Below are positions 15,201 to 27,419 of a DNA stretch of 64,000 nt, piece after piece. The DNA comes from Histomonas meleagridis 2922-C6/04-290x (lineage: Eukaryota; Protista; Parabasalia), in the NCBI GenBank assembly GCA_020184695.1, contig JAANOX010000213.1, positions 1-64,000 on the forward strand. The letters run 5' to 3'. A model generated the notes under the pieces. That model ran no database searches. It was given only the letters and a program-made list of their open reading frames with translations, and was not told the origin of the DNA. The translations under genes and the position numbers were made by a program. The first letter of the stretch is position 1. Each line of letters opens with the position of its first letter.

Positions 15201-18200
15201 TGAAGAAATAACAGAATTTACATTAAATTTGGAATTTGATACGTCAAAATATAACTCATATAGAGATAACGGCTACATTTACTATTTGAAAATTGAATCA
15301 CAAAAATTAGAGAAAAAGGTTGAAATAAAATTTGAAAATTCAACTAATAAATACAATAACTTTAATTATACAGCTAAAATTTTCGACTATATACGTAACA
15401 CTTGGAATGAAATAAATATTAAATCATCAAGTTTACCAAATGCTCCTGTTGTAACGCCATTTAATTATTCTAATCTCAAATCGTATATTAAAATTCAATA
15501 TTATGAGAAAGATATTTCTGTCAATATTAGTGGAATAAATTATGTTCATTGTTGTGAAATTGGAGAATTTGTTGAATACCAAAATATGCCATTTGCTTTC
15601 CCAAAAAATAAAACCTGGAGCACAAAAGTTTATTATACCCCACTGATTGGATATGATTCCAATTACCAATGGTTTCCTACATTTTCAATATATCCAGAAA
15701 TAAATGAATTAAATGAATTAGAAGTTACATTAGACAACATTGAAAATGCATTTTCAAGCTTAATTGGAAAAGCTGTATATAATAACAAACTCAAACAAAG
15801 AGATTTTATTCGTTTTATTTTACTTTTTAATTATCAAGAAGTTATTTTTAATATCGAAAAATTCATTGATAAATTACCAATTGAACTTCAAAATATTACA
15901 AAAGATTTAATTCCTTATTATGTTGATATCAACAATCCAATTTTAGAAGTATATAAATATAATGCAATTATTCGTTTTTATAAAATATTTAAACAGAAAT
16001 ATGAAACATTAAAGCAACGAGAATTTTATCTTTATCCAAGTATTGAATAGGAGTAGCTAAGGAAATAATGAAAGAATTATATAATAAATATATTCATTTT
16101 GATGATCAAGCAATTTATAAGCAAATTAATATCGATTATGATAATAAATATGAAAAAGAAAAACAGAATTTCAATTTATTAAAAAATCAAATTACTCATT
16201 ATAAATCTGATGAAATTAGTTCAAAATGTTATTTAATTAATGAATTTAAAGAATCAATAAAGAAAAATAATCTTAATGAACGAAAAATTATTAAGCGAGA
16301 GAATATTGGACAAAATATATCATCCGATATAAATTGTTTTAATTTTGATTTACTTTCAATAACAATTCCAGAAGATATAAATAATGAATCAATATCATCA
16401 TTAATACAATTATATTCTTCATGTATCCAAGGCACACGAATATTACCAATTTATATTCGGAATCTAAAAATATCTAAACAAGATTTCCTACCAGCGGAAG
16501 AATATTATTCAAAACTATTACAAATATATCGAAACTTACCAGAAACAGATCATTCATTTTTATCTATATATGTAAATACATTTTGTGAAGCATTTAAATT
16601 ATTAACAAGTAAATTAAAGAAAGCAGGTGTTAACTTTAATTATCTTAATTTACCAAATAATACAATTTTTGATTCACAAAATTTATCACAAGATTTCATT
16701 CAATATCCTCATGAATGTCAAATTCCTCAAATACAAAAGAATTGGACAACAACATTTGACAAAAATATAATAAAACATAATCAATTTGATATGTTTAATC
16801 AATCAAGTAATCAAATTCTTGCTAATGATCAATATGAAAATAATGATCAATTACCAGAAATTCCAAATGCACAAAAAACAGATGAAAATTCGATTTTTGT
16901 TGAACAACAAAATATTGATAAAATTGATAATATTCAATATCAATATGTAATTACAAGTATGCAAAATCTTCTTCAAAAGAAAAAGAAAATGAAAGTGATA
17001 TAGAAACTGAAACAGAAAGTGATAAAGAAGAAAAAGAAGAAAACAATGAAAATGTAAAAGCATATCTTTTAATTAAAGAAGAATCTAAAATGCGTGAAAT
17101 TAGTAGTCAAAAATTTGATGGGATGATTTCTCAATTTACAGAAGAAGAAGGAATTGAACGAGCAATTAAACGTATGGAAGAAATGACTAACGTAAAAGAT
17201 GATAATATAATTACACGACAACAAGGTTATGATATTCAAAGTGATTTAAACAAACCCAATATAAATAAATTCCCAATTCAAACTCTTATCCAACAAAGTT
17301 ATTATCTTAGCGCACCATTTATTCAAGCTGCAACTGATACAATTGTTCCATATTCGAATATTTGCGTTTGCATTTTAGTTGATTGTAGTTCATTTATTTC
17401 TGATGAAAACAAAATCTTTAATATGTTAATAATTTGTGCATTAACTTCAGCACTTAATTCATTAGAAATTCCTTATTCAGTATCATTAATTGCTGATGAG
17501 AAATTTAAATGTGTTATTAAACCATTTGAAGAAGAACATTCATATATTGCATTACAAAGAATTCTTGATTGTTTATTAATTAAAAGATATCGAACGAATT
17601 TAATTCATTCAGTTAAATTTGCAATGGAAACAATTCCAAAATCTATACTTGAAAAAAACCAAATGTTTCATTTTTCACATTTACTGATGGATTAGATGAA
17701 AATCTGATAAGAACTAAAGTATGGTCAAGTCTTTTATCTAATCCTAATTATTCATTTGGGTTTATATTTATTAAATCTAATAAATTAATTGGAGAAAAAT
17801 TAACATTTGTTGAAGATGTATGGAAAAAATTCGAAAGTGAAACAAAGAAATTTGGCGCAGAATCAACAATAAAGATAACATCAATTGATGCAGAGATTAA
17901 TAGTCAGACCAATAAATCATTAGTCAATTTATTCATGAATATAATTAAACGTGAAGATGATCAAAATTCACAATTAGGATATAAAGAAATCACATTATCT
18001 AAATTTGCAGAAAATGTGCCAGAATTAAAAGATTTAACAAGTTTCGAGAAACTTATTCAATCAGCTAATTATGATGTATTTAAAGACATTTATTCAAGTA
18101 GAACAGATGTATTAAATAAAGTAAATAATAGATTTAGTAAAGTAGAAATGGCACATTATCGACAAAAAGCAAATAGAATTAATTGTATCTCAAAGAAAAC

Positions 18201-20793
18201 TGATAAAAAAGAACTTGATGCATTTATGCATACATTTATTAAGAATAAAAGAAATCATAATTCTTCTTTAGAAACGATATTTAAACCAAATAAAGCATCT
18301 CAAACAGTTTTATCTTCAACAGGTACAGATTTTGATATAACAGCATTAATATTAAATATAATAAATCCAGTACCAGATCCATTAATTTATTTAGTAGAAA
18401 AAGGAGGATTAATACGTAATTATGGTGTAACTATTATTATTGATCCATCAATTTCATGTTTTAGTGAACTTAATGGTGCACATACACTTCAAACAATTCA
18501 AAGTCTTTTATCAGTATTTACAATTCTTGATTTACCAAGTTTTGATTTAATTATTGCAGGTTCACCAACACCAAATATATTATGTTCTGGTGTAAGTACA
18601 TTTGGAGCATTAAATAATAAATCACCAGTATGGGAATCATTATTTGCATTTTTACAAAATAACGAAAGAAATGTTGATTTAGCTTCAGCTATTCATGCAG
18701 CTTTAGATCTTAGAAGAATTAAATCAGCGGATTATTCAAGTATATTATTTGTAATTACTGACGGTTTATATCAAGAAAATGAACATAAACGAATTCTTGA
18801 ACAAGTTAATTCTTGTGTTCAAATTGGTATTAATACAATTGGTATAGGTGTAGGTATATATCCTAAAGGAATTACTAATTTATTCCCACAAGTAGTTTAT
18901 TCACCAAATCCTTCATTGTTATTTAATGGAATAGCTTCTATATTTGGTGATGATATAATAGAAAAACTTGATCAAGTTCTACTAATACAAAATTCAATAC
19001 CTAAATCAGATACATTAAATGAAATATTTAAAGATATAATTTCAAATCAAGATAAACCTACATTCTCTGATCTTAAAAATGAATTACATGAAATACCACC
19101 TGCACTTGATGCATTTTCTGATTTTTATAATGAAGAACAAGATGTAGGAAATGCAGATAAAGGTTTCGTTAATCCAACTGAAAAGAATACTCAAATGTAT
19201 GTGAAAGATTTCTTAAAAGGACAAAAGATATTAATAGTAATGTTATGGTCAAATGAATTAAGTCCGAAAGAAAGAGAATTTGTTAATCGTAAATATATAT
19301 TTCAATCATCTGAAAAAGGTTATTCTGAATGTATCAAAACAGCTGTAGATCATTTTGGAATTGAACTTGTAGTAGTTATAAATTATTATGATGCAATTAT
19401 TGAATTAACAAAACAAACTAAACCTGGATATTGCGATTATTATGCTGTATGGGTATTTTGTGGCCCACCTTATTGTATTTTACCTAAACAAGATAACCCA
19501 CATGCAGATCCTAATTTAGTTGGACAATTTAATGAAGTATTAATTCAATATTGGCAAAATGGTGGCTCAATAGTATTTTGGGCTGAAGGAGATCCACTTC
19601 ATTATCAAGTTAATTTATTCCTTGAAACAGCTAAATTTTATGAGTTAGGTAATAAATGTGTTGAATTTAGAGTTGGTGGTGAACATATCGGTAAGAAAAT
19701 ATTATTAGGTGATGAAACAGGAAAATTATCTAAAAATCAAACGTTTAATAGAAGTCCTCAATTCTTTAATAAAATCACAAGAACTTCATTAGCACATAAC
19801 ATTGGTAAAATATTTGAAGGAATTACTATATCATTTGTTGAAAGCACTGGAAATATAACACCATTCCAACCATTTTCACGTGATTCAGATGGAGGAATTA
19901 GTTCATTATATTATCCAAGTAATACATCAATCGGAAACGGTGATATAATCATCGATTGTGGTTATACAAAATGTTTCACAGAAATAAGAACAGATGGAAC
20001 ATTTAGATACATACAAAACATTGCTGGTTGGACAGCACGACCTGAAGTACACATCAGAACAAATCCAGGAATAAAACCCAATGAATGGAGGCCAAAAGCT
20101 GTATATTATAATATACAATTGGGTGTTAAATGGAATAAATTCGAAAAAGGTTATTTTGGATCATTTGATATCATTTATATGGTCGATGCAACTGGATCAA
20201 TGGGAGATTATATTACAGCTGCTAAAAATGAATGTATTAATATATCAAATGAATTAAAAGTGAAATTACCGAATGTAGATTTCCAATTCGGAGGTATATT
20301 TTATCGTGATCCTGTTGATTCGAGTTCTGATGTACATCAATACTTTAATCTTTCATATGATGTTGTCGGATTACAAAGACAAATCGGTACCGTTAAAGCT
20401 GATGGAGGTGGAGACGGTCCCGAAGATTGGGTCGGAGCATATACAATTGCATTAAACAATATCAGATGGAGAGATGGAATAAAATTAATAATACACATTG
20501 CAGATGCTCCTGCACATGGAAAAGCATATGGAGGTGATACTAAGCATCAAGTTGAAGAAGCGAAATTAAAACCATTAGTACAAAGATGCGCACAAAGAGG
20601 AATTAAAATTATCGGAATGTATATTAATAATTATGCTTTGCCATCTTATAACCAATGCCAAACAGAATATAATACGATGTCGAATCCTGATATGATGTAC
20701 AAAATTCAGGAATTTAGGGCTGGTTCGGATATTTCTGCATACTTCAAAGAAGCTGTTGTTACAGCTGCAATAGCCGCCGCTGCGAAAGAATAA
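3260..20793 (+). CDS. Giant midasin-like protein (over 5,500 aa): pseudokinase, Sel1-like segment, 6 x AAA+, long linker, acidic patch, vWA, vWA, alpha/beta domain, vWA; split by frameshifts; start approximate
   Basis: Consecutive ORFs (3549-3848, 4044-4763, 4775-5017, 5088-5348, 5400-5774, 5979-6227, 6321-7160, 7387-7830, 7867-16050, 16068-17003, 17090-17695, 17935-20793) join by 1-nt shifts, several at homopolymers (e.g. gaa[a]taggagtagctaaggaaataatg near 16048). The domain order AAA ring, linker, D/E-rich, MIDAS follows midasin/Rea1. Confidence 0.8.
3330..3990 (+). other. Protein kinase-like (pseudokinase) domain of the giant gene
   Basis: PYYENRSL...GWTP...IASFMKTLHEKGIIHGRLTSFNIF...IISDY...YMASE...DVYAFGIL...IDRCLNEVPESRPSF. 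HRD is replaced by HGR and DFG by DYM. Confidence 0.75.
4470..10150 (+). other. Six tandem MoxR/midasin-type AAA+ modules
   Basis: Walker A/B pairs: D1 (..SKT / LDEINL), D2 (..KTQLA / LDSVDEA), D3 (GPTGAGKT / ADEMNL), D4 (GNSG.KT / LKNLSN), D5 (GKPGQGKQ / FHNINNA), D6 (GGTASGKS / IDGIESA). Each ends in an SRF/NRF-type arginine-finger segment (divergent in D5 and D6). D4 and D6 carry large inserts, as in Rea1. Confidence 0.8.
17340..20793 (+). other. C-terminal cluster of three vWA domains around an unassigned alpha/beta domain
   Basis: vWA1 ICILVDCSSF...FTDG; vWA2 NYGVTIIIDPSIS...ILFVITDG...IGIGVG; vWA3 DIIYMVDATGSM...YRD...GGGDGPED...LIIHIADAPAHG (alpha-kinase-associated vWA type). The intervening domain reads KILIVMLWS...WQNGGSIVFWAE. 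Confidence 0.75.
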
Positions 20794-21150
20794 ACCAAAA
20801 AAGTATCTGAATCATATTTGAAAGTCAAAATAAAGAAAACATCAACTTTTATTTTGAATTTAATTTAATCGTACTTATGAGTTCATTTTTGATATTCAAT
20901 TTTTTATAAAAATATTGTTTAAAAGGGTACATCAAAATTAAAAGTTTACACGACAAAATAAAACAAAGGAATATTATATTATAGCGATATTCTATAGAAT
21001 TGGATACAGCAAATGAATTAAATAATAATTTACAACAAATTATACATGATAAAGATTTTCTAATACAAGCATTAGAGTTATAACTCATTATTTTCAATAA
21101 TTCATTGATATATCAATAAATATTATTATATAGATCTTAATGGAGCTTAT

Positions 21151-21480
21151 ATGTCTTCTGTAATATCAATACATCGCACCAATGAATTAGGTATGTTATT
21201 GATGGATCCTCAAATATATGAGCGTTTTATTAATCATAAACATGATAACTATTTAATAAGTTCTGATTTAAATAATTATACAGGAATTACTTATCATGAA
21301 AATTTATTAGAAACTAATGAGGAGGAAGAGGATATTTACGAAATATATACTTTAATGAATCAAAATTCAAAAGTTAATGGAAGTATAGAAGTAAATTTCA
21401 TTAATGATATACTTACCTGTTGATGATTTTTTTTAAAAAAATCATACTCATACGTTTGATTACTTAAACTTTAATGAGAT
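21151..21480 (+). pseudogene. Decayed fragment of a fibre-like mobile-element gene
   Basis: Shares KVNGSIEVN..IND and LKNHTH words with fragments at 37800-38350 (+) and 40714-41001 (-). Confidence 0.35.
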
Positions 21481-21649
21481 TGATATATCAAATAATTTGT
21501 GGCAAAAAACAGCTTGAAAATAAGTTAATAATAAGTGTGAAAATAATTTTTTATGCTTTTTATGATATTTATTCATTATATTTTCTCAAAATGAAAAAAA
21601 ATAAACAGAGGTATTTTTTCATTTTGAAATTTTTTGGTTCTGTTATTTA

Positions 21650-22560
21650 AAAATTACATTTATTTTTATTGTATAAAAATAATGATGACTCAAGAATTCG
21701 CAATTAATAATATTGATTTTGATGATGAACTGATCAAATTTAATGATGAAAAACTACAAAAATTTTTAAATAATTTCTCGCCAGATTTTAATATATATAT
21801 CGAATTATTAGCACCATTATATCACTAATCATATAATGAAGATCTTTTAAGAGAAAACTTAATAAAATGGTATTCTAAAGGAGAACATCAACATGATATA
21901 GAAACTTCTATATATATTATATATAATATATCAAATAATTATTATTAAAAAGAGTATAATAATAAATGGTCTTTTTCATTAGTTAAACATTTACCAGAAT
22001 ATATTAAAATTGAGTATTTAAATAAATATACAAATTATATTGATACGACTATAAATATTAATAATAGTGATCGGACTTTTGAAAAATTAATTTCAAAAAG
22101 TTATTCTATAAATGATATTAATAAATCATTAAATGATAAAAGGGGTGTTATGAGTTCTGTTGAATCAAGAGTTCACATCAAAAAAATCAAAAATGATCCA
22201 TTATATATTAAAGAAACTTCATTATCTAAGATTAGAGGAGAATTTAGTTTATATAAGTTTATCAGATTTAATGACGAAATCACATTATATCAAATTCTAT
22301 ATAGATATTTTGAATACTTCATTTATAGATAAGCTAAAATAATGACAAAAAATGATAATGAAGATACTATTATTAATATCTTCCAAGGATTTGAGTATAA
22401 TGAATCTGTTAGTAATGATTTCACAATATTAGAACCATTATTTAAATCATATTAAAAATATCATATAGTTGATAATTATCGAAAATTTATATATGGTATC
22501 GAATCATATTATATCAAAGTTGATGATTATTATAATTCCATTGTGTTAGCTAGAAAATTA
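21650..22560 (+). pseudogene. Decayed viral/Polinton-like primase-helicase (D5/NrS-1-associated region), tentative
   Basis: EITLYQILYRYFEYFIYR*AKIMTKNDNEDTIINIFQGFEYNESVSNDFTILEPLFK resembles the segment preceding SF3 helicases (N.FqGf.Y......D...I.P.l). No Walker A found; several stops. Confidence 0.35.
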
Positions 22561-24711
22561 ATTTCAACTTGCCATCTTTATAGAATTACGTTAATGTATT
22601 AAAACAATACCTAAAAATTATTGATGAACATAGTGAATCATATACTTATACAATAGTAAATAAAAATCAAGTCAGAATATATATATATTAAAACCACGTG
22701 AGCAGATACCTGATTTATATAATATTATATAATATTTTAGATTAAAAATCATATTCTGATAAAATATCAGAAGATGAAGTAGATGAGGATGATATATCAG
22801 TTAACTTATAAATTTATAAAATATATATTGGGTATCTTTTTACAGCACAGTGTTCTGCAGCACAGTAAACCGATAGAACGTTTTGGTTGGTTTAAAACGT
22901 TTATGTACATATATATACATTCATTGCATTCTGAAATAGAACTTAATTGTCCCTATATTCAATAAATTTAATGAAAACTCTGTATAGACATGGTTTCTTA
23001 CGACACAAGGGTATAGTATGAATCTAAATTTCAATGTTTTATGACTAAATAAAAGACAAATTATTTTTAAATTTATATAGATTGATTAAAATGATTATAT
23101 TGAATATATAAAAAATCAGTAATAATTAATTGGTGAATATTTTCCCCACACTAAATTTATACATATTGTAGTATCGAACATCAACCATAATAAACCTGAT
23201 AACATCACCACCGTTTATATAACCGTCCATATTTGAAAGTAAAACAATCTATCGGTTTTTTGATAAAATATGACTGATAATTAAATACTATATTAAAATC
23301 AAATGAAAAATATTGTTCTATTACAACATTCATATAAATTTTTTAAAGATATGGTTTTGAAAAAGAAGAAATTGAAGAAGAAAAAGGAAAGGAAGAAAAT
23401 TAATAAAAATGATGAATAAATAATCATGAAAACAAAATTCAATATTGAAATTAATACGAGAAATTTAATTTAATAATGTGATAACATATTTTCTGAAATA
23501 AATTTAGAATTCTGAAAAATAAGAGAGAGAAAAAACAAATAACTCAAAACGCATTAAAAAACACATCAAAAAAATTGAATTCAAATCGATAAAATTGCAT
23601 CCAATTTAAAAAATAAATTAAATATTATAATGAATAGAGGGGTGGATATAAGTGATAAAACATAATTAAATCAAATATATTATTCCAAAATAGATCGAAA
23701 ATAACCAATTAAGAGATATTGAAAATTTGAAGTCAAAAATTTCAAATGCAATTTGTTAACACATTTCAATAAATATTAATATTATACTCTGTTTATATAA
23801 TTTATACATCCATGTAATTTATTTTATGAATAATTAATTGAATTTAATTTATATAATTATATTTTAAATATATTTCAAAACCGATTTTCTTATTCTAACT
23901 TTTATGCTTTTTTCGATGGATTTTAATCGTATTTTTAGAATTCAAACAACATTATGTAAATAAATAGAGATAATTACAAAATATAAACCCAAGTATAAAG
24001 CTAAGATAATTTATTAATTATAATTTTGTATTATCGAAGAATTCGAATTTTTGAATTTGAAATGAATAGAACTTTATGGATAACTAATAAAAATTAAAAA
24101 CAGTTAAATATTTATTTATATATTAGGATTTGTAAAAATGTAATAAAACGATTTTTTCATATAAAATTTAATTATCTGTTATATTTTACCAATAATCTTA
24201 ATATATCAATAAATAAATAGTACATCATTAGGTAGAAATATTGTTTATTTTTAATCGTAAGTATTGCATTCAATCACCGAGATTTCTTGTAAAAAAAAAA
24301 ATTTCAGGGAGACCGTTTATACTGTACCCTTTAAAAAAATGAATAATAAGATAAGAAAAAAAAAAAAATAAAAAAAGAATAAAATTGATAAAAAAATGAA
24401 TCAAATTATAATATATGGGAGCTCGCTGGTTGACATGATATAGTAAAAATGGCCAGCTCGAACAATAAGTAGGAAAAAGTGCACAAGTAAATCATTTAAT
24501 TCGACAATGAAACTTTTTCTAATTATAAAGTTTTCAATATTGAATGACGATACATGTAAAGAATAAACATCAGAAAAAATAACCAAAATTTTCTAGGAAA
24601 AACTGGGAGCCGCTCCGATAGATAAAATTGAATGATAATTTTTGAGAAGATATTACGGTTAGAGTGTCAACCGTCTGTTTTGTTCTTATACATCATAACA
24701 AAATATAAAAA

Positions 24712-24990
24712 TAGCAACATAAGATTAACAATATTAGAATAAAAATACAAGAATAACAATATAAGAATAACAATATAAGAATAACAATATAAGATTAACA
24801 ACATAAGAATAACAATATAAGATTAACAATATAAGATTAACAATATAAAAATAAAAATATAAGAATAACAATATATAAATGAAAATATAAGAACAACAAT
24901 ATCAGATTAACAATATAAGAACAATACAAAAGAAGATTAATACAATAAGATTAACAATATAAAAATAAAAATATAATAAGAATAACATAA
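24712..24990. repeat. 14-bp minisatellite, about 19-20 degenerate copies
   Basis: Unit AACAATATAAGA(A/T)T is repeated tandemly and is best conserved at 24755-24850. Confidence 0.9.
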
Positions 24991-25052
24991 TATGAATAGC
25001 ACAATGAGATTAATAACATATAATTAATATAATGTAATGTTGCTAATTTGGA

Positions 25053-25083
25053 ATATTTTTTTTGCCCAGGGCAAAAAAAATAT
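25053..25083. other. Perfect 31-bp palindrome (15-bp arms, 1-nt loop)
   Basis: atattttttttgccc-a-gggcaaaaaaaatat. Confidence 0.85.
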
Positions 25084-25549
25084 CCCATAATCATTTGAGA
25101 TTTCTGTAAAAAACAAAAAATGTGGTGTGTCAAAAAACGTCAATGATACCTGACAATTTCTTTAATAAAAAGTTTGAATGTTATATAAGTATATAACACT
25201 GAATATGTAATATTTAAAAATATTGTTTCATTATGTTTGAATATATTGAGATATTCTTAATTCTTTTATTTTTTGATTCAATAGTTTATGTAATTTTTGA
25301 GTTCAAAATGATCGACTTCTTTCAAATACATCTGTTAATATCAATAGGGAAATATGTCTCAATTACTTCTATTTTGATTACTATAATTCCGAGTAATGAT
25401 GTAATTTTGAAATTATGGGTTGATTTTCAGATTATCGAGTTGCCAAATCCAAAATTCATCATAATATAATGATGAAATTCCCGAATTTTTCGGTGTCATT
25501 ATTGAATTAGACATACCAATTTTTCTATGACTGTCATATGTCATTCGTT

Positions 25550-26642
25550 TTGATGGAATCAATTAGTATAATGAGTTGAGTGTCACAGGTAATTCGTTTG
25601 ATGGGACGATCGTAAATTTCAATATCATTCAATTAGCCCGGAGCTTTACCAAAGCGGCTGTATTCAAATTTGAATAATAATACGACCAAAAATCACTCAA
25701 TTAGCCCGTATCGTTGCCCAAAACAGTTATATTCAGAAAATCATGTCCGATACAGGAAAAACGGCTTTTGAGTTATCGTTGCAAAAAACATCGTCATGAC
25801 TACGGTTTATACAAAAATTAAAATTAAAAGTGAAGGTTTGAATTCAAACAGTAAAATTATGGTGAGGAAAAGTGAACTGAGATGATATCATTTTCGATAT
25901 AAGATATTGAATTCGGCATTACTTATTGGGTTAGGTTTTCATTATCCCTGTAGAAATGGGAAAAACTAGCATCATTAAAATAATAATAATAATCAAATTA
26001 CATATAAAATATTCCTCAATCGTTGTTAATTATAAAAAATAAATGGTATATGTCAAAATGTTGTTAAAAAGTGACATTCAAATTATATAAAATATTCAAA
26101 ATGATAAAAATTATTTTTTGTTATTATTATTTCAATATCAAAAAATTACATTATTGGTAATAATGAAAATAATTCTCTTGTAGTTCATTAAGAACAAGAA
26201 GAACTATCTGAAAAATGTTGTGGAAATCAATGAATCACATATTAATTGTACATGTGGTCAAAACATTGTGTATGGATACCCATGTCCACACATTCTTTGT
26301 GTTATTCCGCATACAAATTTAATCCATCCACATTAAATAACTTCTGGGACATTCCCTTCTATGACTATTGATGCTGAATCACTTTCGAAGTTAGATAATT
26401 TTGATATAAAAATAGAACGACAAATAATTGAAAAAAATCGAAATGAAATTGATATTAGTCTTGGAAATCAAAGTAGATATTGCAAGATTGCATGTCTTAT
26501 AAAGCAACTTGCCAGAATTGGCTCGCTTGCTTCTGATTTCGACTATTGTGACATCGTTTTTCATATGTCAAGACTTCTATCCACAAAATCATCACCAGTG
26601 ATTGCATCGAATGAACCTGAAATGGCGGTCCCACAAAAGTAA
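25550..26642 (+). pseudogene. Decayed MULE/Mutator-like transposase with a SWIM zinc finger
   Basis: 26245-26300 reads NCTCGQ...(frameshift)...PCPHILCV, a SWIM CxC..CxH motif. An upstream SEGLNSN resembles the MULE ES.N motif. Many stops. Confidence 0.5.
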
Positions 26643-26729
26643 GGATATAAAAGAATAGTAAACTTGCGAAAATAAATCGGCATTGAGGAAACTATATAAT
26701 ACAGACCGTATATTATTAGGTACATTATG

Positions 26730-26960
26730 AACAATGCCGAGAACATAAGCAACCTTTACAAACAAGGATTCAGCCAAATACAAATAGCAGGGATAATATC
26801 CCAACATGTTGGAACTCATCGAGTTGCTGATACAATTCGACAGTTTACCTCAACGAATGAAATTCCAAAAGAATCAAAACGTGGAAGGCCTTAAGTAATT
26901 AATAATCAAATAAAGAAATATATAGAAATCAAAACACTTAAAGACGCATCATGAATTGGT
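26730..26960 (+). pseudogene. Tc1/mariner-type transposase N-terminal HTH remnant
   Basis: LYKQGFSQIQIAGIISQHVGTHRVADTIRQFTSTNEIPKESKRGRP*VINNQIKKYI is a paired-like HTH followed by the GRP linker. Confidence 0.5.
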
Positions 26961-27001
26961 AAAAAAAATCGAACGTAAGATGATGAATTAGAATGCATGT
27001 A

Positions 27002-27409
27002 TCATTCATACCTTGCGTTATGAACGTCTTGAATCTTGTCAGTGTTTGAATGAATTCTGTATTGATCTATAGCATCGCATGAACATTTATATCCGACATT
27101 ATATTCTTTGAATAAAAAATTTGATTGTGACGGAACGGTAATTGGTACTTCTTGTTCAAAAGTAATATATGAATTATTTAAACCAATAATCTTAAATCTA
27201 TCCGTGAATATGTCAATGTATGTTGTATCTCCTTCGTTAATGTCTCCAACATTGCCGTAAGAAGTAGCGGTCGTGTATTCATAATTTCCAGAAATAATAT
27301 CAAAAGCTTTAACCGCTTCATCGACTTCATTATACCAATCTTGAAAATTTCCAGTCATTGCATCAATAACATTTGGTTGTTGTATTCCGATTTGTGCTTG
27401 ACTTTTCAT
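27002..27409 (-). pseudogene. Probable Maverick major capsid protein, N-terminal fragment
   Basis: QQPNVIDAMTGNFQDWYNEVDEAV..DIISGNYEYT...GDTTYIDI....IGLNNSYI resembles the conserved capsid ORF of trichomonad Mavericks (recognition from memory). It is truncated at the Tc1 remnant. Confidence 0.55.
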
Positions 27410-27419
27410 TGCTTTTTTT

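Noticed and set aside
3845-20793. Programmed frameshifting or 17-nt spacers in the giant AAA gene
   Set aside because: The breaks I could trace are 1-nt shifts, often in homopolymers, and cluster toward the noisy 5' end. No 17-nt periodic pattern is seen.
22700-24600. Short ORFs and poly-A tracts
   Set aside because: AT-rich chance ORFs with no motifs. No retroelement ORF or TSD accompanies the A-tracts.
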